A DNA stretch of 52,494 nucleotides, the filler included, from Catajapyx aquilonaris (lineage: Eukaryota): the NCBI GenBank assembly GCA_000934665.2. It is 2 parts of 2 records of this genome, joined end to end, with 100 filler letters (N's around TTAATTAATTAA, not from the genome) between each part and the next. Parts side by side here need not be neighbours in the genome. Positions count along the whole stretch, not along the records: positions 26,353 to 52,494 come from JYFJ02005245.1; 1 more part is not named here. One strand, 5' to 3'. The notes beneath the pieces were generated by a model. The model did no database searches, was not told the DNA's origin, and saw only the letters and a program-made list of their open reading frames with translations. The position numbers and the translations under genes are program-made. Positions 36,179 to 48,439 of this stretch are shown one piece after another; within the stretch, counting starts at the first letter, position 1; the number at the start of each line of letters is the position of its first letter.

Positions 36179-36187
36179 CCTTTTATA
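36179..36187 (-). promoter_or_regulatory. TATA box of FFL copy A
   Basis: TATAAAAGG on the minus strand about 70 nt upstream of the ATG at 36110. Confidence 0.7.
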
Positions 36188-37668
36188 AAGACGGTGTGCA
36201 AAGGAGCCAAGTTCAGTGTGAAGGGAATCTGCTTCCAATCATCCATTTCAAATGATTTTTTTTTTTTGCAACTCTCTTTTCACTACAAATTCTTTGAAGG
36301 ACGTATCATCTCAATTTCATGATTGAATCCTGCGTGTCCGTAATCGTGCAGAGAAAGTCCCGGATATTTGCTCACCAAATCCGGATGCCAACCACAATAT
36401 TATCAGAATACGCAAACTGTGTGGTGTAGAAGAAATGAGAAAGGGTCACGTTATGATTCATTACGTAAGGGTGCATTTTCATAACCTGGAGGAATTAGGA
36501 AGCCGCATTGCCACCGATGTCACGGGGTGTTAAAGAGTGGCGCCTGGCGCCAGCTGCTTTCAAGAGAAGAGTGTGAAAATCTTGGAAGGAGTTTTTGGAG
36601 AAAGTCGACAAAAGGTCCACGCTGTCTCGGATCAAACCGGACTCGTTCTTAATCCACTCTCTACGACCGTGAATCCTCTAGACCTTTTTGTGTCTTTTTT
36701 GTGGTATCCCCACCCAGATGAGAACCAAGGCACAACCGGCTCCCTCAAGAACACTCACATCTCTAATCGAATCGATAGAAGGAATATATTCGACCACTTA
36801 GTAACAGTATAGCAGGCGGTAGGTGCTGATGCCTTGGCTAGTGTGTAGTACTGTACAAGTATGATGCAAGTATATTTTGATCAAATGAAGTTTATTTTCA
36901 TTCCGCAATAAGATAATATACCTCTGCCTACACTTATGGCTCAAAAAAAATTTAATATTGCAATTATGTGCTGAGATAATTGGCTGCAGTTCCCTTATGG
37001 AGTTTTACATTTCATTTTTCTCTTGGATCCAAAAAAGCAACTTCCATACAAGATGAAATATAGGATGTGTGTGACAAAATTCTGCTTCCATCTTTAAGAT
37101 TGGTCCAAAACAACACGAATATTATTGTTTTGTGTAGGTATCATAAATGTAGGCTACTCTCAAAACAATTATGAGTTACAATTATTATTCGTAAAATACT
37201 ATTGGTTTTCCAAGCATTAAAAAATGAAGGTCCATGTCGGTATCCGTTCCGTATTTCCCAGTCGGACATGACCATGTTCTCTTCATTGTACTGTACCTGT
37301 ACTTATTACGCTTCATTTTAGCGACGACCTTGTGAGGAATAGTATTAAAGCACTGGGCATTGATAAGTAGAACTTCCAGTACCGTACTCTAGTTCAAAGG
37401 ATTCCTATTTTTATGCGTCTATATGGTAGAAAAAAAAGAAGCCTTAATATTATCCATGCAGTATGAATAAAATTAATTTACACCAGAACAACTTGAAATC
37501 TGTAATGGAATATTCAGTTGCTCCCTGATGTTATGCTGTAATATTGATGTTTTGGTTAATATTTGTGAATTTCTTTCAGAGTATGTAGTAGGCCTACTGT
37601 ACAGTACTTCTGATGCTTGCAAAACTGAGCAAAACCATACCAGTGATTTGCATTTCAGCTCGCTTATG

Positions 37669-37669
37669 C

Positions 37670-37707
<38 letters not shown>
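37669..37707. repeat. (TAT)n microsatellite
   Basis: Direct reading. Confidence 0.95.
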
Positions 37708-37709
<2 letters not shown>

Positions 37710-39675
37710 AACTACTAGTAAGAGTATCCAAGTATCTTGCGCACAGTATACAATGAATAAAAATAGCCCAACATGCAGCACAAGAGTGCAATACTACAAT
37801 TATGTAATTTTTGCATATAATTACGCTGATGTCCAAAATACAGTAACCATGAACAATGAAAGTGCACAGAGAGAAATGTCAGCGTATGTTCTACATGGCA
37901 AATTGATCAGGTAAAATGTGTGTAAATATGTAATTAAAGTTAAAATATTCCAGCATTTTAAAATAAAACTTGCCCATTAAATGCTTTATTAAATATCTCA
38001 CATACGCACTTTATAAACATTTGGATTACCCCTCACATGTTCCCCCCCCCCGGTCAATGACTTAAAAATCGTATTGTTAAAAAAACAACTAATTTCACAA
38101 CTTTCTGATAAGTTGAGCTCAATGGCAAATAATAATCGGTCTCCCATATGTCACATCTCACATCATTCTGCCCTTGCATATTACAATAATTGATCTCAAG
38201 AGCAAATGACAAGGGGGTTTCACCACTCAAGTGAAAACAAGGTGGGGCTTGTGTTGTGAACGGTCATGGCCGCTTGCATAAAAAAGGAGCAAAAAATTAA
38301 GCTCCGGGCACGAGAGTGAAAGTTAAGGAGAAAGCTTATTTCCCCCTACCAACACCCACCCCACCTGTAAGTCCCCCCTCTCTCACACACACACCACACC
38401 CATATCAAAAACTCTCAATCAGTCGCCGGGAATTATTGCCAGTCACTACACTTTCATTACCTCCGCCAACAGTCATTCCCCTCTGCTGCAATTTTCATGC
38501 AAAGCTTGAAATGGACTGCAACGAAGTCCAATATTATGGAAAACAATTCAGAAAAAAATACAGGTATTCACATGACATTAATGTGGACCACTATTGCTTT
38601 CATTCTTGCTTTTCAGTGACAGTTTCATCCTATTCCTGAAAACAATTTCTTCAGCAATTTCTAGCATAAACGGACAAACCTGCAATGCACTTTTTGCTTC
38701 ATATTGGTCATTGAAGGTAAATTACATGCCCGTAGTTTACTGTCAATGGTGGGGAGAATAGGGTACAAGGTGGTAAGTTGGAGGAAACTGGTTGAGAATC
38801 CCTGAAAACCATACAAGGTTACAAATAAAGCCAGCATTGTAACACACTCAAGCTGTTTTATTATTGTAGTATACAATTCACAACAACGGCTGCAGCGGGC
38901 ACAGGAATGACCGTGCTGGTTGTTTATGTACAAAACGGTTCCTTGCATAATTATATCCTAACCCATCTGTGATTTTCCATTGCACATTGGCAATGCACAC
39001 TGTGATGAAATAATTATTTTACATAAAATCAGACACAGACACAACATAATGGTGTAGGTATACATTTTATATCTAAAATGGTTGCATAAATCAATAAATA
39101 ATGCAATGGAGAAATGAGTCCCCAGCCTAGATGTTTGGCATTTTCAGGTAAACATGCAATGTGAAGTCACACAACCAAACAAAAGTCACATTCTGTTATA
39201 AGGCATCTCAAATACAGGCATGTGACATGTTCATTTATGGAGATGCCAATTACATTATACACATATTATTGCACACTTGTTGGTTTACACTTATTCATTG
39301 CAATAGTAGTGTAAGAAAAAAAAAACATCAATAAAGGTTATTCCATCAAGTAGAAAAGGACACTTTGGTGCTCAATGGCGAACAAGAAATGGCATCCAGT
39401 AAATTCTCATGTGAACACTCAGCAGCACAATGATTATGCCCTACAGCAATGATTGCCAGTTTGTCTGATCTTATAATAAGTCATGTCAACCTTGCAAGTA
39501 AAATGGCATAATGTCCTTGTTTACCACTTTCAATGTGAACTTGTTTGTGAACATTAAAGAGCCCTAAAACAAAGCACTTTTGTAGCATCATGCAAAGGAA
39601 AATACACCTGCAATAAGAATAATACAGTAATAATACACATCTGTGCATGCAACATGAATATTGCATCATAATTAA

Positions 39676-40390
39676 CCCCTTTGCTACCAGCTCGGCCAAA
39701 AAAGCCTATATTTTAGCTTACGCCTACTCTGAAGATAAAGACAAGATATTTTACAAATAATAACAGCTATATATGGAAAACACTATTAATATGTTGCGAA
39801 CCATGTTACTCCTCTAGAAGTCCCTAAATTAATTTCCAAAAAGACCGCCTTAAAAACCCGATATCAGAGTACTGGCCAACTGCTAGGCTGATTTAATTAT
39901 GAAATACCCAAAAATATACAGAACAATAACCTTGACATGTGTTCCAGAAGCATTTGCTGAAATCGTCATACTTTGCAAGAAATGAATTAATACTTATTTG
40001 CTGCTTTTTGACACTTCACGAGAAGTAAATCAATTTTGGAGTTTTCCAAAGCGTCAAAAAGCAGCAAATAAGTATTAATTCATTTCTTGCAAAGTATGAC
40101 GATTTCAGCAAATGCTTCTGGCACACATGTCAAGGTTGTTGTTCCATATATTTTTGGGTATTTCATAGTTAAATCAGCCTAGCAGTTGGCCAGTACTCTG
40201 ATATCGGGTTTTTAAGGCGGTCTTTTTGGAAATTAATTTAGGGACTTCTAGAGGAGTAACATGGTTCGCAACACATTAATAGTGTTTTCCATATATAGCT
40301 GTTATTATTTGTAAAATATCTTGTCTTTATCTTCAGAGTAGGCGTAAGCTAAAATACAGGCTTTTTTTGGCTGAGCTGGTAGCAAAGGGG
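39676..40390. mobile_element. piggyBac-type foldback MITE (~335-bp near-perfect arms)
   Basis: TTAA|CCCCTTTGCTACCAGCTC...GAGCTGGTAGCAAAGGGG|TTAA. Arms ~39676-40012 and ~40053-40390 with a ~40-bp spacer. Confidence 0.92.
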
Positions 40391-40979
40391 TTAAGAGTGC
40401 GTTAACAACACACACCTGTCTCTTGAGACAATGGAGAGTGACACAAGGCATTCCATTTGGCATGAAATTTTTTGGTGAGCATTCAGTCCCAAGTTAAATA
40501 GAAATAAATATTCCTCAGATTGAAATGAAATGTGGAGCTGCAGATCAAACCAACCAAGAGAAGTAAGGAGCCAACCAGACGAGGGAAAATCCAGGAAGGC
40601 CAATAGGATGTTACATGTTACATGCCTCCTGATAAGTATAGCACCAATACTGCATAACTACATCATAGTATATAAATGTCAAAATCCCTACGGGTTATAA
40701 TCCAGCACGTTTTTGTTGAGTTTTCACACACCTGGTGCAATTAAAAATTGATTGTATTTTTTGTGGTTTTGTAGTTGGCACTGAAGTGATTTTACTGAAT
40801 GGAATTAGCTCTGGTGACTGCTTATTATTTTATCTTTAACATATTCAAAATTATTACTAATGATACTACCATTTAGCAACCACCCAAGTGATACTCCTCA
40901 GACCCATACTGCCCAAAATGATAAAGAATGAATCAGAATGAAGGACTGTCGCCACTCGCCAACAATGCAAGGCAAAAAG

Positions 40980-41090
40980 GGGAAGGCAGAATGGCACTGT
41001 AGAAACGTAAGCACCTATGGATGGAAGGGTCCCAGGTTCGATCCCAAGCCCGGCATTCCTCCCTCCATCTCGTGAAGAGTTGGGTCATCA
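40980..41090 (+). mobile_element. Truncated tRNA-derived SINE (family B, related to 44188)
   Basis: B box GGTTCGATCCC; downstream TCGTG(A/C)AGAGTTGGG(T/C)CATC shared with the 44188 copy. Confidence 0.6.
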
Positions 41091-41250
41091 GGGAGGTGCG
41101 GTGGCCAGAGATGGTAATGTCTCAGCTTGCTGAGTGAAAGGTCCCAGGTTCGATCCCCGACTGGGAGTTCCCTTTCACCTGCGTCGGGAGGGTCTCTGAC
41201 CCGCGCCTTGGAGGTGTCTGGCAACCTAACCTCCTAAGGAACAGCACATG
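41091..41250 (+). mobile_element. tRNA-derived SINE (family A), 3'-truncated
   Basis: A box TGGCCAGAGATGG and B box GGTTCGATCCC; ~160 bp highly similar to 43070-43230. Confidence 0.8.
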
Positions 41251-41715
41251 TGTACATACCAACCTGCAATACTCCTACAGTGCCTATGATCAGGTCAATG
41301 GTGACTCACTGATCTGGAATGAGGGGCTCATGAACTTGGGTTACATGAGACCTTGATGAGACATATCAATGTAGACTGTGTTTGGGGTACTTGCACCAGG
41401 GGCTTGTGTTACACCTGTATGCATTATATTTTTTCATCCTACCCACAATTGATGGCCTCGGGGGAAGAACGATCAAGGTACACCTCAGGTGAAACTGAGA
41501 TAGGAAAATTTCAAATTTCGAAGGCCCATAAGGATCTATTGTAAATCCCACTTTAGGGGCCTTCCAAAGTGACCTATGATCATTACTCCACAACCACGAC
41601 CAACCCATCATATTCTAAACAAGTGAAAGTATCTTCTGAGATATGTAACTCATTTTTGACAAAAAGTGGACCGTGAGTGTTCTTCCCCTGAGGTCTTCAA
41701 TATTGTTCTCTAAAG

Positions 41716-42014
41716 CAGTGGTTCCCAAACGTTTTTTGGTCACGGCCCACATCAGATAGGGAAAATATCTCGCGGTCCACCTAATGAGCCACTTACACCT
41801 GGTCACCTCCCTTATTGAGAGCTTCAAAGAGTGCATCCGTATGCTTCTGTGTTAAGAACTAAATGTAAGTGGCATGCAGGATTTTTCTTCTTTTTTTACA
41901 TCTTGTGCTCTTGCTCCTCATTTTACAATATCATTTTATAGTTTACAAAAAAAAATAATTCAAGCTCGCGGTCCACTTGGACGGGCCTCGCGGCCCACAG
42001 TTTGGGAACCACTG
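41716..42014. mobile_element. hAT/Charlie-type MITE
   Basis: TIR CAGTGGTTCCCAAAC / GTTTGGGAACCACTG; perfect 8-bp TSD CTCTAAAG at 41708-41715 and 42015-42022. Confidence 0.93.
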
Positions 42015-42264
42015 CTCTAAAGCAGAGTGAACCATCCACAGTTCTATCAATAGGTTAGTGATGGATATCAGGACCTCATTTGGACTTGCAATCACAGGAA
42101 GAAAATTCTTCATTTATACTGAAACCAGCCATTTTGGGAAGCATGGCCTTTGGGAGGGTTACGAGATGACAATGTCACAAGCAATAATTTTGAATTTGAT
42201 GCAGCTTAATAAAAAACTAGGCACCAACTTGCCAAAATTAGGCAAAAGTGCAAAAGTGCGAAAG

Positions 42265-42266
<2 letters not shown>

Positions 42267-42310
<44 letters not shown>
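42267..42310. repeat. (GA)n microsatellite
   Basis: Direct reading. Confidence 0.97.
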
Positions 42311-42313
<3 letters not shown>

Positions 42314-43069
42314 ACACCAGGCAGCAGCATCGAAGCGACATCCGACGGTGGAGTGCAGAAGTATGATGGTGAAGTGCAGAAGTAAGTGAGTCGCCACGCA
42401 GGAGGTGGCACCCGGAACTGCAAAATTGGGAGTTCCGTGGAGCAACCGTGGTCGACCTTTTTTGTGTTTTTTTTGGTTTTTTTTGTTTTTGTTTTTTTTC
42501 ACAAAGTCCCTCGGCACCGTTTCAAAAAAACAAAAGTGGTTTGCAAATATAGAAAACCCGGACAAAATTTAGACACCACTCCCAAAGCTGTAGGCCGTAC
42601 GGTGCGGAGGAGTTTCCACGACAGTCGGCTTTTAATAATATAGATTGCCAGAGCGACTCACACAACTCAATGAAGTCACCATAGCATCAAAAACAGAAGC
42701 ATTAAAAATATCACTGAAAAAACTCTTGACTGCATGTAATTAGATACTCTCCAAGTTCAGGTTAGTGGTCCCCAAAAGGTTTGCAGCAATGAGCTGTATT
42801 CAGTGCCAAAATAATGTTTAGTGAGACATGCACCTCTTAAACTAGTGCCTCTACCACTACCCCCGCATAACTCATCACAGCCTACTACATGTTGTATTGC
42901 TGGACAGCAAATTTTTCCTTGTAGAAAAAGGGATGACAATTAACCAATGAAAATAGGGAATACCTGCTAGTTTGTTATTGTGCTACAAAATTCCACCCTC
43001 AAGAATAGGCTGTAATTTGGCATAGGAATGAAAATAAATGAGGACCTGCTTGATTTTCACTGCTTATTA

Positions 43070-43408
43070 GGGGAGGTGTGGTGGCCGAGATGGTAACGTC
43101 TCGGTTTGCTGTGTGAAAGGTCCCAGGTTCGATCCCCGCCTAGGAGCTCCCTTTCGCCTGTGTCAGGAGGGTCTCTGACCTGCACCAAGGAGGTGTCTGG
43201 CAACCTAACCTCCTGGGGGACAGCACATGACCCCTTTACCGACATTGCACTTGCACCCATGTTCCCTCCCCAAAAATCCCTATCCTTACCCAATTTCCTT
43301 GATTCCTTGCACCGAAGTTGAGTTGAGAAACTTGAACAAAAATAAATAAAGGTTCATGCGATATACCCCCGGTTGGGGGTGAAAGCATTACCCACCCACC
43401 CACAATTT
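43070..43408 (+). mobile_element. Full-length tRNA-derived SINE (family A)
   Basis: A box TGGCCGAGATGG and B box GGTTCGATCCC; 11-bp TSD ACTGCTTATTA at 43059-43069 and 43409-43419. Confidence 0.88.
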
Positions 43409-43771
43409 ACTGCTTATTAAGAGCCTATTTTGACTGTTTTCAGGCCCTAAATGCCTACCTATTTGAGGGTTTTTTAGAACCTAGAAATCCGTTCCTTAAT
43501 GATAACCTACATGTCCACTACTTAGGTGCAAATGACAAATTATGGCCATATTGTTTTTAACAAACAATATTGTTACAGTCAGCATAGGCCATATGTCGAA
43601 ATTTAGTAAATGTGTATGATTCAAAAACCTTTACAAATATTTGCATTTAGCATAACAAGAGTCAACTAAACAATAAAAGTGACAGACTTTGCAATATTGT
43701 CTTCAACAAACCAGGAAGCCAGAACAACTAGACACTAGGCACATTCAGAAATAGGCATCTGAGTTGCTTAA

Positions 43772-43906
43772 CCTCCTGACGCCCAGCGTACAGCCCTCTA
43801 GCCATTGGGTTTTAAAATTTTTGAAAAAAAAAATTTGTAGAAAAAAATTTAAAAAAAAATTTGAAAATTTAAAAAAATTTAAAAAAATATTCTGAGCTTC
43901 AGGAGG
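43772..43906. mobile_element. Small piggyBac-type MITE with A/T-tract core
   Basis: TTAA|CCTCCTGACGCCCAG...CTGAGCTTCAGGAGG|TTAA. Confidence 0.8.
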
Positions 43907-44187
43907 TTAAGTTAGGCGAACCAACTTTGATTTTCAGAAATTCAAGGGCTACGTCATAACAACTCAGTGTGCATGTCCATCTGAATTCCCTGCTCAGGAA
44001 GTTAGTGTGTTACCAACCACACTCACTGTCAGTTGGCTGAGTTGGTTGAGAACTAGACTGTTTGGCAAATCAGCTCAAAGGCGTGGGGCTAGCTACTCAG
44101 GTATCATGTGACTCAAATCTGGTTTTCATGAATTGCCAAATACACCCGGGGCTAAAATCCATGAATGGCAATTAGAGCTCATTACTA

Positions 44188-44526
44188 AGGGAGACGGAGT
44201 GGCGCCGCGGTAACGCGCGCGCCCACGGAAGTTAAGGTCCCGGGTTCAATCCCCACCCGGGGTTCCCACCTTCTTTCGTGCAGAGTTGGGCCATCTCTGA
44301 CTTCGTTTCGGGTGGCAATTTCCGATAGACTAAGCCACCCGGGGGAGTTCACAAAATGACCAATTAACGACAGCGCACATGCACTTTGCACATCCCCTCC
44401 TACCAACCCTGGAGTACACTAATAAGATTCCATCTTAACACGCTCCAAATATACCAATGGTGGTAATCCACCACCCCCTAAAGACCTAACAGGTCATTCA
44501 CGGGGTAAAAAAAATATATATATATA
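44188..44526 (+). mobile_element. Full-length tRNA-derived SINE (family B)
   Basis: A-box-like TGGCGCCGCGG, B box GGTTCAATCCC, A/AT tail; 15-bp TSD TAGAGCTCATTACTA at 44173-44187 and 44527-44541. Confidence 0.9.
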
Positions 44527-45157
44527 TAGAGCTCATTACTACACTACTCCCTGAATACGTCAGCTTGGTCTGCAGCTCCAAAAGTGAGTGGCTCACCACA
44601 AAAGCTTGTTCATGCCCATCAAATTTGAAATCACTGTTAATAGTATCACCTGTAAATATATTTTTAACACCTCTCTCTGGTGCTATTCATGCCACGTGAG
44701 AATGTTGGTGTCTTAAGCCTCACTCTCACAAGTGACTTTACTGACATTTGTTAAGCCCTGTGGCTCCTGGGTGTGTATCATAATGCACGTAAGGATAAAA
44801 TTCACATATATTAGAAGGTCAAATTTATAAGCATACACAAAGGTGACGTAACATGCGACAAGATCTGGGTTACTTACCCATATCCACTTTGTTCACGAAC
44901 ATTTGTGTGAACCTCGAAAAACACATTCCGATGTAATGCAATAAAATTTGACCCTCTTTTTGATGTGTTAAAGATGCAAAAATTTTGCAATGCAAATTTT
45001 TGCTTGGAAAAGGTATGTGCAGATCTCTCATTCCACATTTCTATGCATGTAATTCTTTAATACATTAATCAAAGTGCACAAGAGGGCATGAAATATAACC
45101 CCCTGACACAGGCTAAGGCAATGTCCTTGACTTTAAAAAAAAATTAAGCACCCTTAA

Positions 45158-45622
45158 CCCTCTCCTGCCACATTTACAACAAACTCATCTCCCCTTTTTC
45201 ATCCTCTCCTCTGTAATCCTGCAGATGCCATAATTCATGACATTCAATACAAGCAAAGTCCCTTCATAACCTCCTAGTACAGTATGTTCATAACCTCCTA
45301 AAGTGTGCAGACATGAGCAGTAAAACAGATTCAGGACCCTGTGGAAAATCATGATTAATTTTAATGATAGCAACCTTGACTCGTGTGGCTCGAGATCATC
45401 AGCATCTTTATCATCATCATAATATTATTGGGGACAAACTTCAGTCAGAAGGAGATCATCCAGGAGGATAGTGAAATTGATGAAAACCAAAGAACCTTTG
45501 GAATTATTGACTGTCAGATTGTTTGATTTGTGGGTTGGTTGACTGATTACTGATATTCCTACTGTCATGGTGGAATGAGGAAGTGGACATGTGCAATTTC
45601 CTCATGGCCAGGAGCCAAAGGG
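45158..45622. mobile_element. Degraded piggyBac-like non-autonomous element
   Basis: TTAA|CCCTCTCCTGCCA...TGGCCAGGAGCCAAAGGG|TTAA; imperfect TIR. Confidence 0.45.
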
Positions 45623-46374
45623 TTAACCTGATTTCAGTTACTTAGGGTGCTTGCTGTTTAGACACACATAAACCTATTAGTCGTGCCTAGAAACTCAACA
45701 TGTATGTGCAATTTCATGTCCATTTTTGGTCAATTGCACTCATGAGAACATAACTTGAAGCAACATGAATCTACTATTATGGATTACATGTTTCCATAAT
45801 GTTCGTAAGGTTTGTGAAGCCCATTTTCTCACTTGTAGATTCTGACTTGCACAGACTGCCCTGAGCCACTCAATCGTATTCACATGTGTAGAGAATACGA
45901 CAAAATTTTTCATGGAAGGTTAAAAGCATAATCATGTGCCTAAGTACACTAACCAGACAGGTCTCTGAATATTGTATAAAAATAAAAAGCCAATTAAGTA
46001 AGCTAATCTCAAATTCCAAAAATCTCATGCAATTAGGTAAAGATGCTTCCCCACAGAGGACCTCATCAACATTACAAAAGTATTATGACATTGCCTTGGC
46101 AACTTCTGCATATCTCATACGTTCACAACTGGTGACACATGCATTTCAATATATCTCAGTTCTGCTCTTGCTAGCATGATGATGATACCAACACAAATCA
46201 CTAACAACTGGGCAGCATGGTAGTCTAGTGGTTAACCATAGCCATCTATCTTGGGAGATCCCTAGTTTGATCCCCAGGCCCGACTCTTCATTATGTGGAA
46301 ATAGTTTTGAGAGACTCTCTCACTAACTGTGTGAATTTTCTCCAGGTTTTCCCATTTCCATCCACTGTCCAAAT

Positions 46375-46620
46375 GAGGGGTGTGGTGGAAAAGGTGATAA
46401 CCCACAAAAGAGTAATTTTCAGGAGAGCGAATTGAAGTTTGCGTTCTCTTCACAAATCATAGGGTATGCGGGTTTTGATATAGTCCGTGTGGCCGCCTTG
46501 TGCATGATACGTGAACTTGGAGTATACCAAACTGTTTACCATGTCTTTTACATAGTTGATAGGTGTTTAGGCCAAAAAGGATCAAAATGAGGGTTATCAC
46601 CTTTTTCCACCACACCCCTC
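46375..46620. mobile_element. Sola2-like MITE
   Basis: About 29-bp TIR GAGGGGTGTGGTGGAAAAGGTGATAACCC, mirrored at 46591-46620. GAG..CTC termini; 4-bp TSD AAAT at 46371-46374 and 46621-46624. Confidence 0.75.
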
Positions 46621-46625
46621 AAATG

Positions 46626-47371
46626 TTAGGGTGAATCAAATTAAACCCTTTCTTGGCTTCTAGAGAGGATACTACTGAACGCAGGGACTTGGAATTTCTA
46701 CCACGGAAAGGTAGTACCAATACCTTCTAAATTCATAGGTAAGAGCCTGAGCATGCATACCAAGAACGCCGCCGCAGCCAATCCAAGATGCGCACTGATG
46801 GCCTACGCACTGTCGAGCATGCCCAATCGGGATCAGCGCATTGTTATCCCATTTCTGGTGGCCAAGGGCAATAGACCGGTGGAAATCCATCTGAAGATGC
46901 TTACGGTGTACTCTGCCAGCTGTGTGGCCAAGACTACCGTCAAGGAATGGTTCAGGATTCGGAGATGGCAACCAATCCATTGCTGCTGACCTTCCCCGAC
47001 CAGGCCAGGCTTGGCCAGCAATCACACCTGCCATCATTACACCTGTGGACCAGCTCATAAGGGGGGATTGTGGGTACATCTGGCTTATTTGGATGCACCA
47101 TACACCGTAAGCATACTCTGATGAATTTCCGCCAGTCTATTGCCTTCACCCATCAGAAATAGAATAGCAATGCGCTGATCCCACTTGGGCGCGTTCAACC
47201 ATGCGCACACCATCTTGGATTGGCTGCGGCGGCATTCTTGGTATGCACGTGCAGGCTCTTACCTATGCATTTAAAAGATATTGGCACTATCTTGTGGTAG
47301 AAATTCCAAGTCCCTGTGTTCAGTAGTATCCTCTCTAGACACCAAGAACAGGTTTCATTTGATTCACCTAA
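46626..47371. mobile_element. Mariner-derived foldback element made of two inverted 5' ends
   Basis: TIR TTAGG(G)TGAATCAAAT; arms of ~285 bp. Left arm encodes a mariner N-terminal HTH remnant QRIVIPFLVAKGNRPVEIHLKMLTVYS..TVKEWF, followed after a frameshift by DLPRPGQA..VDQLIRGD. Confidence 0.85.
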
Positions 47372-48439
47372 TACCTCTCTTTCTTTCCCTATCACCCTCT
47401 ACCATGTCTCATGGCTTCAGTTGCCTAAGCATGACCTGCTCAATATAAAATAGCTTTTGGCACAATATGGTGGATGATGCTGTTGTGCCATAAAAAGCCT
47501 AATCAATCAAGCAAGCAGTTGCCTCACTTCCCCCAGTGAGCCAAGACTCACAGGTAGTATACAACACATGACCACACAGGATTGCAGGATGGAGAAATTA
47601 GAGATAAATTCTTCTCCCTACTTGGTCATAAAAATGTCAAGATCCTAAAACTAATAAGCATGTGGTAAATCAATTACTGCTTCTCCCTCATGTGACATGG
47701 GGGGAACGAGTAACCAATTTTCCTACCATCTGAAAATGTTAGGCTACACTACTTCCATCTGGTGTGTACTAAAGGAATGGGCTAGGCTGGAAAGGAGCTC
47801 CAATGTGGACATGTCCCTCCATTAACCTCTTTCCTCTTGCCAACAAATGGGAGAAAAGTGTCATCCAGAACAACTTCTACCAGCATTTTTTGTGAGGGGC
47901 ATGCTTTTCAGAAATGAACCAGCCCTACCTTTCCCACGCCCCTGATGATTTTTTCATTGCACATGCCATTGAGCAGCAGTAGGTGGGGTCCCATAAAATC
48001 AGACATTTTGCAAGATACAAGCAATAAAAGTTAATGTGACAGGAGATTTGAGCTTTTGCTACATCATGCTAGCAAGAAATCAGAAAATGTATAATATCAA
48101 TTGCAGAAGTACCTCTCTGGCCAGCACTTCTAACCTGACTGTAAATCATTGAAAGAGTGAACACCCGGTCAATGAACTGCTGCATTGAGTGAGTTTGTAG
48201 AAAACCTGTTAAGTCATAGTGTAGGGAATGTTGATTAACTTGTGACCACTGTGCATGGTATTACCAGTGTGGGATATAAAAGTCTTTAAAATGCCAACCT
48301 GCACTAAATTTCCACTCAGGGCCAAAGAGCTTGATTTACATTTGGAGTAAAAACAGCCATCTTGACAGAATCGGTCCAGATGAAACGGGGAAGATCACAG
48401 CCGCTAGGAGCCAGTCTCTATCATGTGCACAAGAGGTAG

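Noticed and set aside
41091..46290. tRNA genes at the A/B-box sequences (41091, 43070, 44188, ~46210)
   Set aside because: No complete cloverleaf is evident; the full-length copies have long non-tRNA bodies and TSDs, which indicates SINEs.
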